Shown: positions 38,470-47,845 of the stretch, piece after piece
Layout: the number at the start of each line of letters is the position of its first letter
Position numbering within the stretch: the stretch's first letter is position 1
Source: Chlorobiota bacterium
GTDB taxonomy: Bacteria > Bacteroidota > Ignavibacteria > OLB7
Direction of reading: 5' to 3'
Length of the DNA: 64,000 nt
NCBI GenBank assembly: GCA_028287785.1
Contig: JAQBOZ010000020.1
Span: 66,738 to 130,737 of the forward strand
Position numbers and translations under genes: made by a program
Notes under the pieces: model-generated
The model's input: only the letters and a program-made list of their open reading frames with translations
The model's database searches: none
Told to the model about the DNA's origin: nothing

Positions 38470-39309
38470 TCAATGCACCTTGACCTTCACCGGAAGCGAC
38501 TGGAAGGCCACGTAATCGCCGGTGGCCGCCGTGTTCTGCCGTATCTGGAAGACGATGGTCGTGGAATCGACCTTCTTGGGAAGGAGGTTGAAGTTCGAGG
38601 AGATCGATGGATCGGGGACGAAATCGGCAACTGAAGTGTCGGCGAGCTGGCCCACCAGGCTGATCCCGGCCTTGCCGAGCGTATCGAGCTCATTCCCGTT
38701 CGCGTCGAACAACTGGAACCGGAGCGGATGCGTTCCCGAGACGAACGACGGAGAGATCAGCCCGCCGATCACTGTCGAATCGGTCAGCGTCAGCACGCTC
38801 AGATTGAGCCCGGTGCCGCTGGTCAACGTCATCTTCACCACCTCCAGCCCCTCGGTCACAATGTGCGCGTTGATTGGAGCCGTGGTAAAAAGTGGCGCGT
38901 GGTTCCGCAGCAGGACGAACTTCACCGTCGCCTGTCCGGCTCCCTTGCCGAGAAATCTGAACTTGAATCGCTCCCCCGCTATCCTCTGAACTCCCAGGAT
39001 ATTCTGATTGGTGATCACGAAATCGAGGCTGTCATCCGCGTTGATCGTGAAGGCGGAGCCGTCGGTGTTGGTGAAGGTGATAACCATATCGCCGGAGGCG
39101 ACCGGCTGACCGCCGCTGCCGATGGGCCGCTTGATCTCTACGCTGCCGGTTACCGAGCCATTTCCCTGGCTCGCCTTTTCCGTCCCATTCTCCTTCAGGA
39201 CAAAGCCGGCCGGATAGGTGCCGGGGGTTACCGGGGTCTCGGTCTTCGTGCAGCCGGCAAACGCCAGAAGGGATGCGAATGCGACTATGGAGATGATCCG
39301 ATGTGTCAT
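38470..39309 (-). CDS. Lipoprotein of unknown function
   Basis: ATG at 39309 with a lipoprotein signal (MTHRIISIVAFASLLAFAGC). The track ORF extends to 39702 across a repeat element and is not credible there. Confidence 0.6.
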   Translation of the reverse strand: MTHRIISIVAFASLLAFAGCTKTETPVTPGTYPAGFVLKENGTEKASQGNGSVTGSVEIKRPIGSGGQPVASGDMVITFTNTDGSAFTINADDSLDFVITNQNILGVQRIAGERFKFRFLGKGAGQATVKFVLLRNHAPLFTTAPINAHIVTEGLEVVKMTLTSGTGLNLSVLTLTDSTVIGGLISPSFVSGTHPLRFQLFDANGNELDTLGKAGISLVGQLADTSVADFVPDPSISSNFNLLPKKVDSTTIVFQIRQNTAATGDYVAFQSLPVKVKVH

Positions 39310-39439
39310 ACGTGGAAAGAAATCGCTCATGTATTCTACTCCGAGTGGAACTGTTTCGAGGAAGTTAAGAAAGAAGCCGGGAATCGGCAGCCGATATCGC
39401 ACCCCGATAACCGGGGCCGCGGCGGGTTGGTTCCGGGAT

Positions 39440-39709
39440 GCAAGACCATGATGACCCGGCGAGTGTTTCAGACGGCGCGCGGGGCGATGGCCCGCGCACC
39501 AGCTATTGCGCCCCTCCGGGGCTTGGGAGGGAGGACAACGCCGCGGATGATATTCTTCAGCGTAGCTCGATGCCACAGACTGTTCAAGGACGATCTCAAC
39601 TGCAAGGCGGCCAAGCCTGAGCGAACCTGAGCGAATGAGCCGTCCTCCCGGACGCCGCAGTGAGCGACGGTGAAGGCCAACGCAGCAGATGACGTCCTTC
39701 AACAGTCTG
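39440..39709. repeat. Composite intergenic repeat: REP-like hairpin module (39440..39575) plus a 134-bp miniature element with 17-bp TIRs (39576..39709)
   Basis: Module I holds gcgcggggcgatggcccgcgc and gcgcccctccggggc hairpins and recurs near 46803 and 47613. Module II is bounded by cagactgttcaaggacg / cgtccttcaacagtctg and recurs inverted at 63371..63492. It has a 12-bp internal tandem duplication (cctgagcgaa cctgagcgaa). Confidence 0.55.
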
Positions 39710-39715
39710 GTAGGG

Positions 39716-40570
39716 CTACCAAGCCATCACTCCGGGATAATGCCTGCGGCGCAGTTCCTCGATGGTGACCGGATCGGCGCGGAAGGGATTCCCGGGCTCC
39801 CTCGGCGACCGTATCCGGTTGCTGGCGCCGAACGGGGTATCCTCGATCTTCATATTGTACGCCATCACCAGCAGCCGCTCAAGGTTTACGGTATCCTGGA
39901 TGTTGTAGGCCAGGAGCGTCTCCAGCGCCATCGGGTTGGCATTGTTGCGGTATTCATGCCAGAGGAGCACGGCGAAATATCCGTCCACGCCATCCAGCTC
40001 CCCCCTGTCGATTCCAAGCTGACGCTCGCACCCCTTCAGGCCGCCGCCGTAGCCCAGGCTCCGCAGCAGATAACGGAGATCGATATGCGCCTGCGGGAGC
40101 GAGATCATGAAATAACGTTCGATGAACGGAAGATCGAAACACTTGCCGTTGTAGGTGACGAGGAGATCGAACCCGTTGATATCATCCTTGAAATCCCTCA
40201 GGTTCTCCCCGTTGACATAGTGCCTGATCTCCTCGCCGTCATACAGCGCAATCGTCGTGATGGCGGACCCCATGTCGACGCTCAGGCCGGTGGTTTCGAT
40301 ATCGAGGTAGGCCGTGCGACTCCTGAATTCCGGGAACAGCCGCCATTCCTCGCCGCCGGGGATCGATCCGGCGAAAAAGCCGATATCGAAATCCTCCAGC
40401 GCCTGCTGCGACCGATAGAGATGCTCGGTGATCTCCCGCCCTTTTTTTCCGGGGTTCAGGGCATCCCCCATCTCCAGGTAGTCATCCCATGTGCGTATTC
40501 CATCGTCCCAGAGCTTCTGCTCGCTTCTGGCGCCGATGCCGGGTATATGGCAGAACGTATTCGGTATCAT
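39716..40570 (-). CDS. RNase H-like (YprB-family) predicted 3'-5' exonuclease domain protein
   Basis: DEDD-type motif I AYLDIETTGL. Later acidic motifs (FDLLVTYNGKCFDLPF; YNIQDTVNL) in RNase-H-fold order. Confidence 0.55.
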   Translation of the reverse strand: MIPNTFCHIPGIGARSEQKLWDDGIRTWDDYLEMGDALNPGKKGREITEHLYRSQQALEDFDIGFFAGSIPGGEEWRLFPEFRSRTAYLDIETTGLSVDMGSAITTIALYDGEEIRHYVNGENLRDFKDDINGFDLLVTYNGKCFDLPFIERYFMISLPQAHIDLRYLLRSLGYGGGLKGCERQLGIDRGELDGVDGYFAVLLWHEYRNNANPMALETLLAYNIQDTVNLERLLVMAYNMKIEDTPFGASNRIRSPREPGNPFRADPVTIEELRRRHYPGVMAW

Positions 40571-40826
40571 TATTCGATGTGCAGATTATGCCGCGATTAT
40601 GCTCCGACGGTAAAATACGGCCTGGCCGGAGCGATTCAATATTCGTCGGGACGATTCATGAATTGCCCCGCCCCCGGCGCAAAAAAAATCGTATCATCGG
40701 GAACCGAATTCCATCAACGCGCTCCAACGCGGTTGATTCGATCTCATCCCCATCGCAATTACCATTGGATCGTCGCGCGCTGACTATCCCCTTCCCTTCA
40801 TGTTCCGCTATCCGGAGATATTGTTC

Positions 40827-42401
40827 ATGCGAACTGGCAACGCCGTTACATGCCGAAAAACGCTCGGGAGCATTGCGAGCTGGCTTATGCCGATGCTCCT
40901 TCTGCTCGCCATCACCACCGGCGCCCGAGCCCAGGGAGGCGGGTTCCTCGTTATCACCCCCGCCGGAGGCGAGAACTTCGTGGTCGATTCCACGGTACAG
41001 ATCCGGTGGCTGGCGCAGGGAGTTACCGGCCAGTTGAACATCGACTACTCGGTCGATAGCGGCGCGGTCTGGAAACGGATCGACAGCGTAACCGCAAGGA
41101 CGGGGCTGGACTCGATGTCGTGGGTTGTCCCCAATGATACCTCCAGGCGCGCGCTGGTCCGGATCACCACGGCGGATGGCACCAAGACGGCCCGCTCGCG
41201 CAGGGTCTTCTCCATCACGCTGAAGCCGCTCCCGGCGCTTACGGTGATCTACCCGAACGGCGGCGAGCTGTTCGGCGCCGATTCCACCGTCAAGATCCGC
41301 TGGAACGCCACCAACATCACCGGCGATCTTCTGGTCGATTATTCGATCGACAGCGGCAGGACATGGAAACCGATCAAGAAGGTGGCGGCGCGCAGCGGCC
41401 CCGATACGCTGGCCTGGGTGATCCCGCATGATACCACCAGCCAGGCGTTCGTCCGCGTGATGGCGGTCGACAGCTCCATCAGGGACGCATCCAACCGGAC
41501 GTTCACGATCCGCGCATCGGTAAATCCGAAGATCCAGCTGCTCTTCCCCAACGGCGGCGAAGCATTCCAGGCGGATTCCACGACAATGATTCGCTGGCAG
41601 GGGCAGGACCTGACCGGCGCACTCAACATCGAATTTTCGACCGATGGCGGAACAAGCTGGAAGCTCATCGGCAGCAAACAGCCACGGACGGGAAATGACT
41701 CGCTCCCCTGGAAGGTGCCGAATGATTCCACGACCAAAGCGCTGGTCAGGGTCAGCAGCGGCCCGCTCCGCGATACCTCGGACGCGGTCTTCACCATCAA
41801 CCCGCGCCCGCCCATCTCCCTGAAACTCCTCTATCCGAATGGCGGCGAGAAGTTCGGCACCGATTCGACGATCGCCATCGTCTGGAACTCGAAGAACAAC
41901 AAGGGAATGCTGGCGATGAACTTCTCATCCGACGGCGGTGCCACATGGACACTGATCGACAGCGTGATGCCGAAGCCGGGGAACGACTCGATGTTCTGGA
42001 CCACCCCGAAAACCCTCAGCAAGAACGCCCGGCTGGCGATCACCACGGCCGATGGGCTGGTGAGCGATACCACCGATGCCCCCTTCTCGATCGTTTCGAA
42101 CAACGTGGGGCCAGGCGATGGCGTCGATTATCAGTCGGGCGGTTCCGGGTCGCTTGCGGCGTATCCGAACCCGACGGCCGCCGAAACCGACCTGCGCTGG
42201 GAACAGCGGAGCGCCGGCGAGGCAAGCGTGGGCATCTACGACCGGAGCGGCCGACTTCTCATGACCGCCGCCGCCGGACATCGCGAGCCCGGAGAGCAGC
42301 ATTATCGTCTGTCGACGACGGGGCTGCCGGCCGGCATCTATCTGGTCGAAATCCACTCTGGCATGAATCGTGCGAATTGCGTGGTCACGCTGGTGCGATA
42401 A
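40827..42401 (+). CDS. Secreted protein with five tandem about 90-aa repeats and T9SS C-terminal sorting domain
   Basis: Signal peptide. Five repeats: (I/L)xxPNGGExF..DST..IRW......G.L.IDYS.D.G.TWK.I....AR.G.D...W.VP.D.....LVR. C-terminal Por tail (AYPNPTAAETDL...LPAGIYLVEIHSG). Alternative ATG at 40800. Confidence 0.7.
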   Translation: MRTGNAVTCRKTLGSIASWLMPMLLLLAITTGARAQGGGFLVITPAGGENFVVDSTVQIRWLAQGVTGQLNIDYSVDSGAVWKRIDSVTARTGLDSMSWVVPNDTSRRALVRITTADGTKTARSRRVFSITLKPLPALTVIYPNGGELFGADSTVKIRWNATNITGDLLVDYSIDSGRTWKPIKKVAARSGPDTLAWVIPHDTTSQAFVRVMAVDSSIRDASNRTFTIRASVNPKIQLLFPNGGEAFQADSTTMIRWQGQDLTGALNIEFSTDGGTSWKLIGSKQPRTGNDSLPWKVPNDSTTKALVRVSSGPLRDTSDAVFTINPRPPISLKLLYPNGGEKFGTDSTIAIVWNSKNNKGMLAMNFSSDGGATWTLIDSVMPKPGNDSMFWTTPKTLSKNARLAITTADGLVSDTTDAPFSIVSNNVGPGDGVDYQSGGSGSLAAYPNPTAAETDLRWEQRSAGEASVGIYDRSGRLLMTAAAGHREPGEQHYRLSTTGLPAGIYLVEIHSGMNRANCVVTLVR

Positions 42402-42464
42402 CCACGGTATCGCCGAACATTCTCATATGTTTGTCCCGATGGGCAGACAGGCCCGGTGCATGTG

Positions 42465-42490
42465 TGGGGGGATTTCTCGAAATCCCCCCA
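42465..42490. terminator. 10-bp GC hairpin after the five-repeat gene
   Basis: tggggggattt-ctcg-aaatcccccca. No strong U-tract. Confidence 0.4.
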
Positions 42491-42517
42491 CGCGGTTAAT
42501 CGACAGTCGGATATTTC

Positions 42518-43945
42518 ATGGCAGAAGCAACCAAACGCTCCGCGGCGCTCGCGTCGGTGGGATCGGGGCTGATCCTCACTATTCTGAAAGTGGTCGTCGG
42601 TTTCGCGACCGGAAGCCTTGCAATCGTATCGGAGGCGGCCCACTCCGGGCTTGACCTTCTGGCGGCCATGCTGACCTTTTTCGTGGTCTACATCGCCGAG
42701 CAGCCACCGGACGAGAATCATCCCTACGGACATGGAAAGGCGGAGAGCCTCGGGGCCCTTGCCGAGTCCGCCCTGCTGGTGGCGACGGCCATCTGGGTGC
42801 TGTGGCATGCGTACGAGCGGATCTTCGTTTCGCCGGCGATCCCGGAAATCACCGTCTGGTCCTTCGTGGTCATGATCATCTCAATGGTGGTGGACTTCAC
42901 CCGGTCGCGGTCGCTGAAACGGGCCGCCGAACTTCACAAAAGCCAGGCGCTCGCCGCCGATGCCGCCCACTTCAGCAACGACCTGCTCGGCTCGGCGGTG
43001 GTCATCCTCTCGCTCGTTGTCCTGGAGATCGCGAAACGGACTGACGCCATCCCGCAGTGGCTTGTCCTGCGCGCCGATGCGCTGGGAGCCGTGGTGGTAG
43101 CATTGATCGCGCTGAAAGTCTCCTATCGTCTCGGTCGCGAGAGCGTCCATGCGCTGATGGAGGATGTGCCGGGCGATCTCGGCAGACGGCTGACCGCGAA
43201 GGTCCGCGCCGTTCCCCAGCTTGTCTCCGATTCCGTCCGCGTCCGCGTCCGGTTCGTGGGGGAACAGGCGTTTGTCGATGTGGCGTTGCAGGTGCCGCGC
43301 ACGCTTACGCTGGAGGCCAGCTATCAGGTGAGCGAGGAGGTGCGGGGGGTGATCAGGAGCGAGCTTCCCTTCGCCGATATCGTGGTAAACGTGGAGCCGG
43401 CCCGGATCGAGGGGGAGGAATACGCGGCGGCGGTCTACGCGGCGGCAAATCGCCTCAGCCTTGCCATCCATCATCTCAGTCTTCTTCTGACAAGGGACGG
43501 CCTCCGCATCCTTCTCGATCTTGAGCTTCCCAGCCATATGTCGCTGCTCGACGCCCACTCGGTCTCCGAGCAGCTGCGCGACACCCTGGCCCGCGAGCTG
43601 CCGGAGGGCTCCGCGATCAGCATCCATCTGGAATCGCGCGATCTTCACGTCTGCCCGGCCGTGCGGAGCGAGCAGATCAACAACGATGTCCGCGCCGTGC
43701 TCGGCTCGATCGCCAACGGCGATCCGGTCACCGATGTCAACAGCTATCTGATCGAGAACGGGACGGTGATCTCCCTCTCCTGCGCCTACAGCGGCGATAC
43801 CCCGCTCTCCACCGTTCATCAGCGGATGTCGGAGCTGGAGAGCGCCATTCGCGAGCGCGTCCCATCAGTCTCCCGCATCCATGTGGCTCCGGCGCCCTTC
43901 CCCGTTAATCCGCCTTCCCGAACTGATACGTCAGACGCGCAATGA
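42518..43945 (+). CDS. Cation diffusion facilitator (CDF) family metal efflux transporter with extended C-terminal cytoplasmic region
   Basis: CDF signature (HSGLDLLAAMLTFFV...HPYGHGKAESLGAL). Six TM helices, then about 250 aa of cytoplasmic domain. Confidence 0.85.
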   Translation: MAEATKRSAALASVGSGLILTILKVVVGFATGSLAIVSEAAHSGLDLLAAMLTFFVVYIAEQPPDENHPYGHGKAESLGALAESALLVATAIWVLWHAYERIFVSPAIPEITVWSFVVMIISMVVDFTRSRSLKRAAELHKSQALAADAAHFSNDLLGSAVVILSLVVLEIAKRTDAIPQWLVLRADALGAVVVALIALKVSYRLGRESVHALMEDVPGDLGRRLTAKVRAVPQLVSDSVRVRVRFVGEQAFVDVALQVPRTLTLEASYQVSEEVRGVIRSELPFADIVVNVEPARIEGEEYAAAVYAAANRLSLAIHHLSLLLTRDGLRILLDLELPSHMSLLDAHSVSEQLRDTLARELPEGSAISIHLESRDLHVCPAVRSEQINNDVRAVLGSIANGDPVTDVNSYLIENGTVISLSCAYSGDTPLSTVHQRMSELESAIRERVPSVSRIHVAPAPFPVNPPSRTDTSDAQ

Positions 43946-46676
43946 CCAGACGCCCCAGGGCCGGCGCCCCCACGAACTCCTGATGCCTGCGCGTGAAGAT
44001 GCTCCCATCGGTGTCGGCGAAGGTCAGGAGGTTCTGCGCGCTGATCGTGAGCCCCATGCCGGGAATCCACGGAAGCTGATAGCCCAGATTGAGATCGATC
44101 ACCGAATAGGGAATGACATCGCCGACGTAGACGCCGGAGTTGACGGGAAAGCCATCGACATGGCGGAGGCGGACGTCGCCGTTGAAGCCGATTGTCGCGT
44201 TCCGGTATTCCGCGCCGAGCGTGTACTTGAACTTCGGCGAGTTGAGCGATAGATCGGAGACGTTGTCGAGGTTGCGGAAGAAGTTCTTGTCGGTGTAGGA
44301 GAACGACCCGCTCAGCGTCAGCCCGTCGGCCACCGCCGCCTGCACGGAGATATCGCAACCGTAGAGCGTGATGCTCCCGTAGTTCCGCGACGAAAGAAGG
44401 ATGGCCGCGGGATCGTTCGGGTTGCTTGCCTGATACGGGTTGCCTGCCACGTTCGGCGCCACCGTGCCGATGGGGATCTTCGTGATAAAGTCCGCCACCG
44501 ATCCAAGCGCCTCGGAGATTTTCGAGGTGTCCGCCCCGCGAGCCTGAAGCTGCCGGAGCAGATACCCGTAGAGCGAATCCCGATTGAAGAACGCGTTGGG
44601 GGTGATCACCTGGAGCGGCCCGATGAAGTTGTCGTACTGCGATCGATAGAGATCGACGCTGACCGAGATTCTTTCGGCGATCAGCCCCTTGTAGCCAAGC
44701 TCGATGGTGGAGTTGATCGTGGGCTTCAACGATGCCACATTGAACGCCCCGCGCGATGGATCGAACCCCCTGGTCTGCTGATTGAGCTGCCGCAGCTCCA
44801 CCACCGACGCTGGTGGCGGCGGCACGCTGTCCAGGCTTGCGCCGAATGCCTGGGAGAGCGGGCGGAGCGTATCCTGAAGCTTTCTCCAGATGGGGAGAAG
44901 GCTGTCCAGCGGGAAGGCGAGATTCGGGTCCTGCCCCAGCGCCGCGTAGGAACGGATATACGGCTGATTGCCCGGGCTGAGCGTGAAGGTGAACCCCTCC
45001 GGCGGAACGCCCGATGCGCGAACGTTGACCCCCTGGCTGGAGCCGCCGATGAAGTCGAGAAAAAGATCGTTGGTGGTCGGCGCGCTGTAGGCGCGGTTGA
45101 AGGTCGCGCGGATTGCCTGGTCCGGCGCGGGGGTGTAGACCAGCGCGGCGCGCGGCGAGAAGATAAGCCCATCGAGCTTGCTGTGATGATCCAGTCGCCC
45201 GGCCACCACCAGATCCAGAAGATCGCGCGCCAGCATCGCCTCCCCCTGGAGATATCCCCCGACCTCCACGATATCATCGCTGTTCTCGAACCGGCCGGTG
45301 ATCGTCCCGTCGGTGACGGGGGTGGTATGGAGATAATCGACCCCGTACGCCAGCCGGCCAAGCCCCTCGAACGCCGTCGAGTGCTGTGCCTGCACCACGA
45401 AGAGCGTGGATCTATCGACCAGGGGCTGCCCGGTCCGGAGCGTATAGCTCTCCCGGGCATTGCTCTGGTTGAGAAATGCCTGCACGAAGAAATCCTTGTA
45501 GAGCCCCCGCACCTGATAATAGTTGTAGAGCCAGTCGCGCGCCTGCGCGCCTCCCACGCCGGTGATCTCGGGGTTCCGCAGCGCGGCATTCGTGCCAAGC
45601 TGGAAGATCAGCATCATGTTATCCACCGGGATATAATCCACGCGCAGCTCGCCACCGACCCGGCGGATAGTGCTGTCCCGAAGCCCGATCTTCAACGTAT
45701 CGGGGTTGAGGCCGGTATGGAGCGAATCGGCGAGGAAGATCGCCCTGGCGCGCTCGGTCACCTCCACCGAATCGACATATCCCCAGTCCTCCCCCTGCAT
45801 ATACTGAGCGGAGACCTTGTAGCCCAGCCGGTCGCCGTAGGTGCCGGCAAATCGCCCCATCCCCTGCACCACTCCGCGCTCCCCCGCCGCCAGGGAAAAC
45901 CACGCTCCGGTGGAGGCAAAGGGGGAACGGGTGATCATGTGGAGGACTCCGTTGGCGGTGTTCGGCCCGTAGAGCGCCGAGCCGGGACCGCGGATCACCT
46001 CGATCTGCTGGAGATCCTCGTTGACGAGCGGGATGAAGTTGTGGGCGTTGAACCGGAGCGACGGCACCGATGCGATCCGGTTGTCCACCAGCGTCATCAG
46101 CGTGCCGGAAAACGCGTTGTTGAAACCGCGCGCCACCACCATGTTCTGCGTCAGCCCCGACTGCACGATATCGAGCCCCGGAACCGAACGGAGGTGATCC
46201 ACGCCGCTCAGCGCCGGCCGCTCCTCGATATGCCTGGGATCGACAACGGTGACCGAGGCCGGGGCGCGCGTGATCTTCTCGGGCCGCCGCGATGCCGAGA
46301 CAACCACCTCGCTCTGATTCAGCGTCCCCTCCTTCAACGCCGCGTCCACGCGAAGCGTGGCCCCCTCCCGCAGATCCAGCGAATCGCTTTCGAACAGCCC
46401 GTAGCCAATGTAGCTCACCTGCACGCGATAGCGGCCGGGGGGAATTCCTCTCATCATGTAGTAACCGTCGCGTGCGGAGATTGCCCCCCCCTGCCGCGTC
46501 GTGGCGCTGCCGCCGATCAGCCGGATGGTGGCCCCCGCGAGCGGCCCGCCCGAACCGGCATCGGTAACGCGACCGGTCACGGTGCCGTTCTGTGCCACGG
46601 CCGGAATCGCCGCGGCGATCGACAGCAATGCAAAAAGAAGGGCGCGCGCGCCGGAAGAGAGAATCAAGCGAACCAT
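43905..46676 (-). CDS. TonB-dependent outer-membrane receptor with N-terminal carboxypeptidase-regulatory-like domain
   Basis: Signal peptide. CarbopepD_reg-like GTVTGRVTDAGSGGPLAGATIRL. Plug motifs (VVVSASRRPEKITRAPASVTVV; LRSVPGLDIVQSG). C-terminal ...RLTYQF aromatic terminus. 3' end overlaps the CDF gene by 41 bp on the opposite strand. Confidence 0.85.
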   Translation of the reverse strand: MVRLILSSGARALLFALLSIAAAIPAVAQNGTVTGRVTDAGSGGPLAGATIRLIGGSATTRQGGAISARDGYYMMRGIPPGRYRVQVSYIGYGLFESDSLDLREGATLRVDAALKEGTLNQSEVVVSASRRPEKITRAPASVTVVDPRHIEERPALSGVDHLRSVPGLDIVQSGLTQNMVVARGFNNAFSGTLMTLVDNRIASVPSLRFNAHNFIPLVNEDLQQIEVIRGPGSALYGPNTANGVLHMITRSPFASTGAWFSLAAGERGVVQGMGRFAGTYGDRLGYKVSAQYMQGEDWGYVDSVEVTERARAIFLADSLHTGLNPDTLKIGLRDSTIRRVGGELRVDYIPVDNMMLIFQLGTNAALRNPEITGVGGAQARDWLYNYYQVRGLYKDFFVQAFLNQSNARESYTLRTGQPLVDRSTLFVVQAQHSTAFEGLGRLAYGVDYLHTTPVTDGTITGRFENSDDIVEVGGYLQGEAMLARDLLDLVVAGRLDHHSKLDGLIFSPRAALVYTPAPDQAIRATFNRAYSAPTTNDLFLDFIGGSSQGVNVRASGVPPEGFTFTLSPGNQPYIRSYAALGQDPNLAFPLDSLLPIWRKLQDTLRPLSQAFGASLDSVPPPPASVVELRQLNQQTRGFDPSRGAFNVASLKPTINSTIELGYKGLIAERISVSVDLYRSQYDNFIGPLQVITPNAFFNRDSLYGYLLRQLQARGADTSKISEALGSVADFITKIPIGTVAPNVAGNPYQASNPNDPAAILLSSRNYGSITLYGCDISVQAAVADGLTLSGSFSYTDKNFFRNLDNVSDLSLNSPKFKYTLGAEYRNATIGFNGDVRLRHVDGFPVNSGVYVGDVIPYSVIDLNLGYQLPWIPGMGLTISAQNLLTFADTDGSIFTRRHQEFVGAPALGRLVIARLTYQFGKAD

Positions 46677-46774
46677 GTATGCTCCATCAACGGTTGGAAG
46701 TTTCCCCTCGACGCTGACGAGGCGCGCCGGAGAGAGGATGCCTGGCGAAGCGGCGAACTTAAGAATTACTTCGG

Positions 46775-46915
46775 TGCCGGGGGCGGTGCCCAGGGTACCA
46801 GGGATTGCGCCCCTCCGGGGCCCAATACAGCGAGTTGCTCCACTGGCTACGAGGCATATGAAGGAATATACAGTGACATTCGCGGCGGATATTGTCGCAG
46901 GATATGCCAGGGGCC
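46775..46915. repeat. REP-like intergenic repeat (module I family copy)
   Basis: Contains attgcgcccctccggggc (46803..46820) and gcggcggatattgtcgcaggatatgcc, related to the 39440 and 47585 copies. Confidence 0.4.
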
Positions 46916-46916
46916 G

Positions 46917-47501
46917 TCAATCGTGATCGTGGTCTCTGGCGCGCGCGCGCCATTCCCCCGCCAGCAGCATATACATATCATGCCCCTCCCAGACGCCGTT
47001 GATCTGCACCATCGCCGGTGAATGGCCGATCAGCGTGAACCCGCATTTCTTCAGCACCCGCGCCGATGCCGCGTTGCGCGGCATCACGTTGGCCTCCAGC
47101 CGGTGCAGCCCAAGATCCTCGAACGCATACCGTATCAGCTTCCTAAGCCCGGCCGTCATCAGCCCGCGCCCCATATACTCCGCGTCGATCGAATAGCCGA
47201 ATCGCCCGTTCTGAAACACCCCCCGCTCGATCGACGTGAGCGAGATGGTCCCGATAAGCTCCGCCGCCGATGTGAACATGCCGAAGCGTATCTCCCGCCC
47301 CTCATCCCTCAATATCGCTCCCCGCTCCAGACGCTCCCGCTGAACCTTCGTCGTGAAGAACTCGGCGGGGGCAAGCGGCGACCACTCGCGGTGCGCCTCC
47401 CGGTTCCGCCGGTAGTACGAGGCAAGCAATGGGGCATCCTCCTGCTCCAGCGGACGGATGAAATACGAAAGCGGAGGCTGAACCGATGGGCTCTTCTTCA
47501 T
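46917..47501 (-). CDS. GNAT-family N-acetyltransferase (RimJ/RimL-like)
   Basis: ATG at 47501 (MKKSPSVQPP...); the track ORF begins upstream at 47609. GNAT motifs (GTISLTSIE...GYSIDAEYMGRGLMTAGLRKLIRYAFEDLGLHRLEANVMPRNAASARVLKKCGF). Confidence 0.8.
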   Translation of the reverse strand: MKKSPSVQPPLSYFIRPLEQEDAPLLASYYRRNREAHREWSPLAPAEFFTTKVQRERLERGAILRDEGREIRFGMFTSAAELIGTISLTSIERGVFQNGRFGYSIDAEYMGRGLMTAGLRKLIRYAFEDLGLHRLEANVMPRNAASARVLKKCGFTLIGHSPAMVQINGVWEGHDMYMLLAGEWRARARDHDHD

Positions 47502-47584
47502 GGGATCGTTTATGATACGATAACGGCGCGGGGGAATCCATTGAGCCGAAGTATACTGAACATGCGGCTGACACGGAACATCGG

Positions 47585-47700
47585 TGACGCGGGGCATCGC
47601 CCCGCGCACCGGGGATTGCGCCCCTCCGGGGCTTGAGAAGGCGGGCGGGCGTGGCGGATGAGATCCTTCAAGAGTCGGTTAGCACGAAGTTTGATGCGTG
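47585..47700. repeat. REP-like intergenic repeat (module I family copy)
   Basis: gacgcggggcatcgccccgcgcacc ggggattgcgcccctccggggcttgag..., two stem-loops. Closest to the 39440 copy. Confidence 0.4.
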
Positions 47701-47845
47701 AGATGGCTTCCCCCCCGGGTGGCACCGATGATGGTGAACCGGACCGATCGGCTAACTTGAGCCGACAGCCTAATCGTGCCCCCGTCTCGTATATGGTCAA
47801 TGGTGCGGATGGAGTCTCCGCGCCGCTACATTTATCAGCGATCCG

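Noticed and set aside
38470-39702. N-terminal 131-codon extension of the lipoprotein ORF, plus ORFs 63345..63542, 46759..46953 and 47510..48199 sharing peptides such as KDVICCVGLHRRSLRRPGG and SQAPEGRN
   Set aside because: The shared peptides arise from translating copies of intergenic repeat elements. The lipoprotein has its own signal peptide and ATG at 39309.
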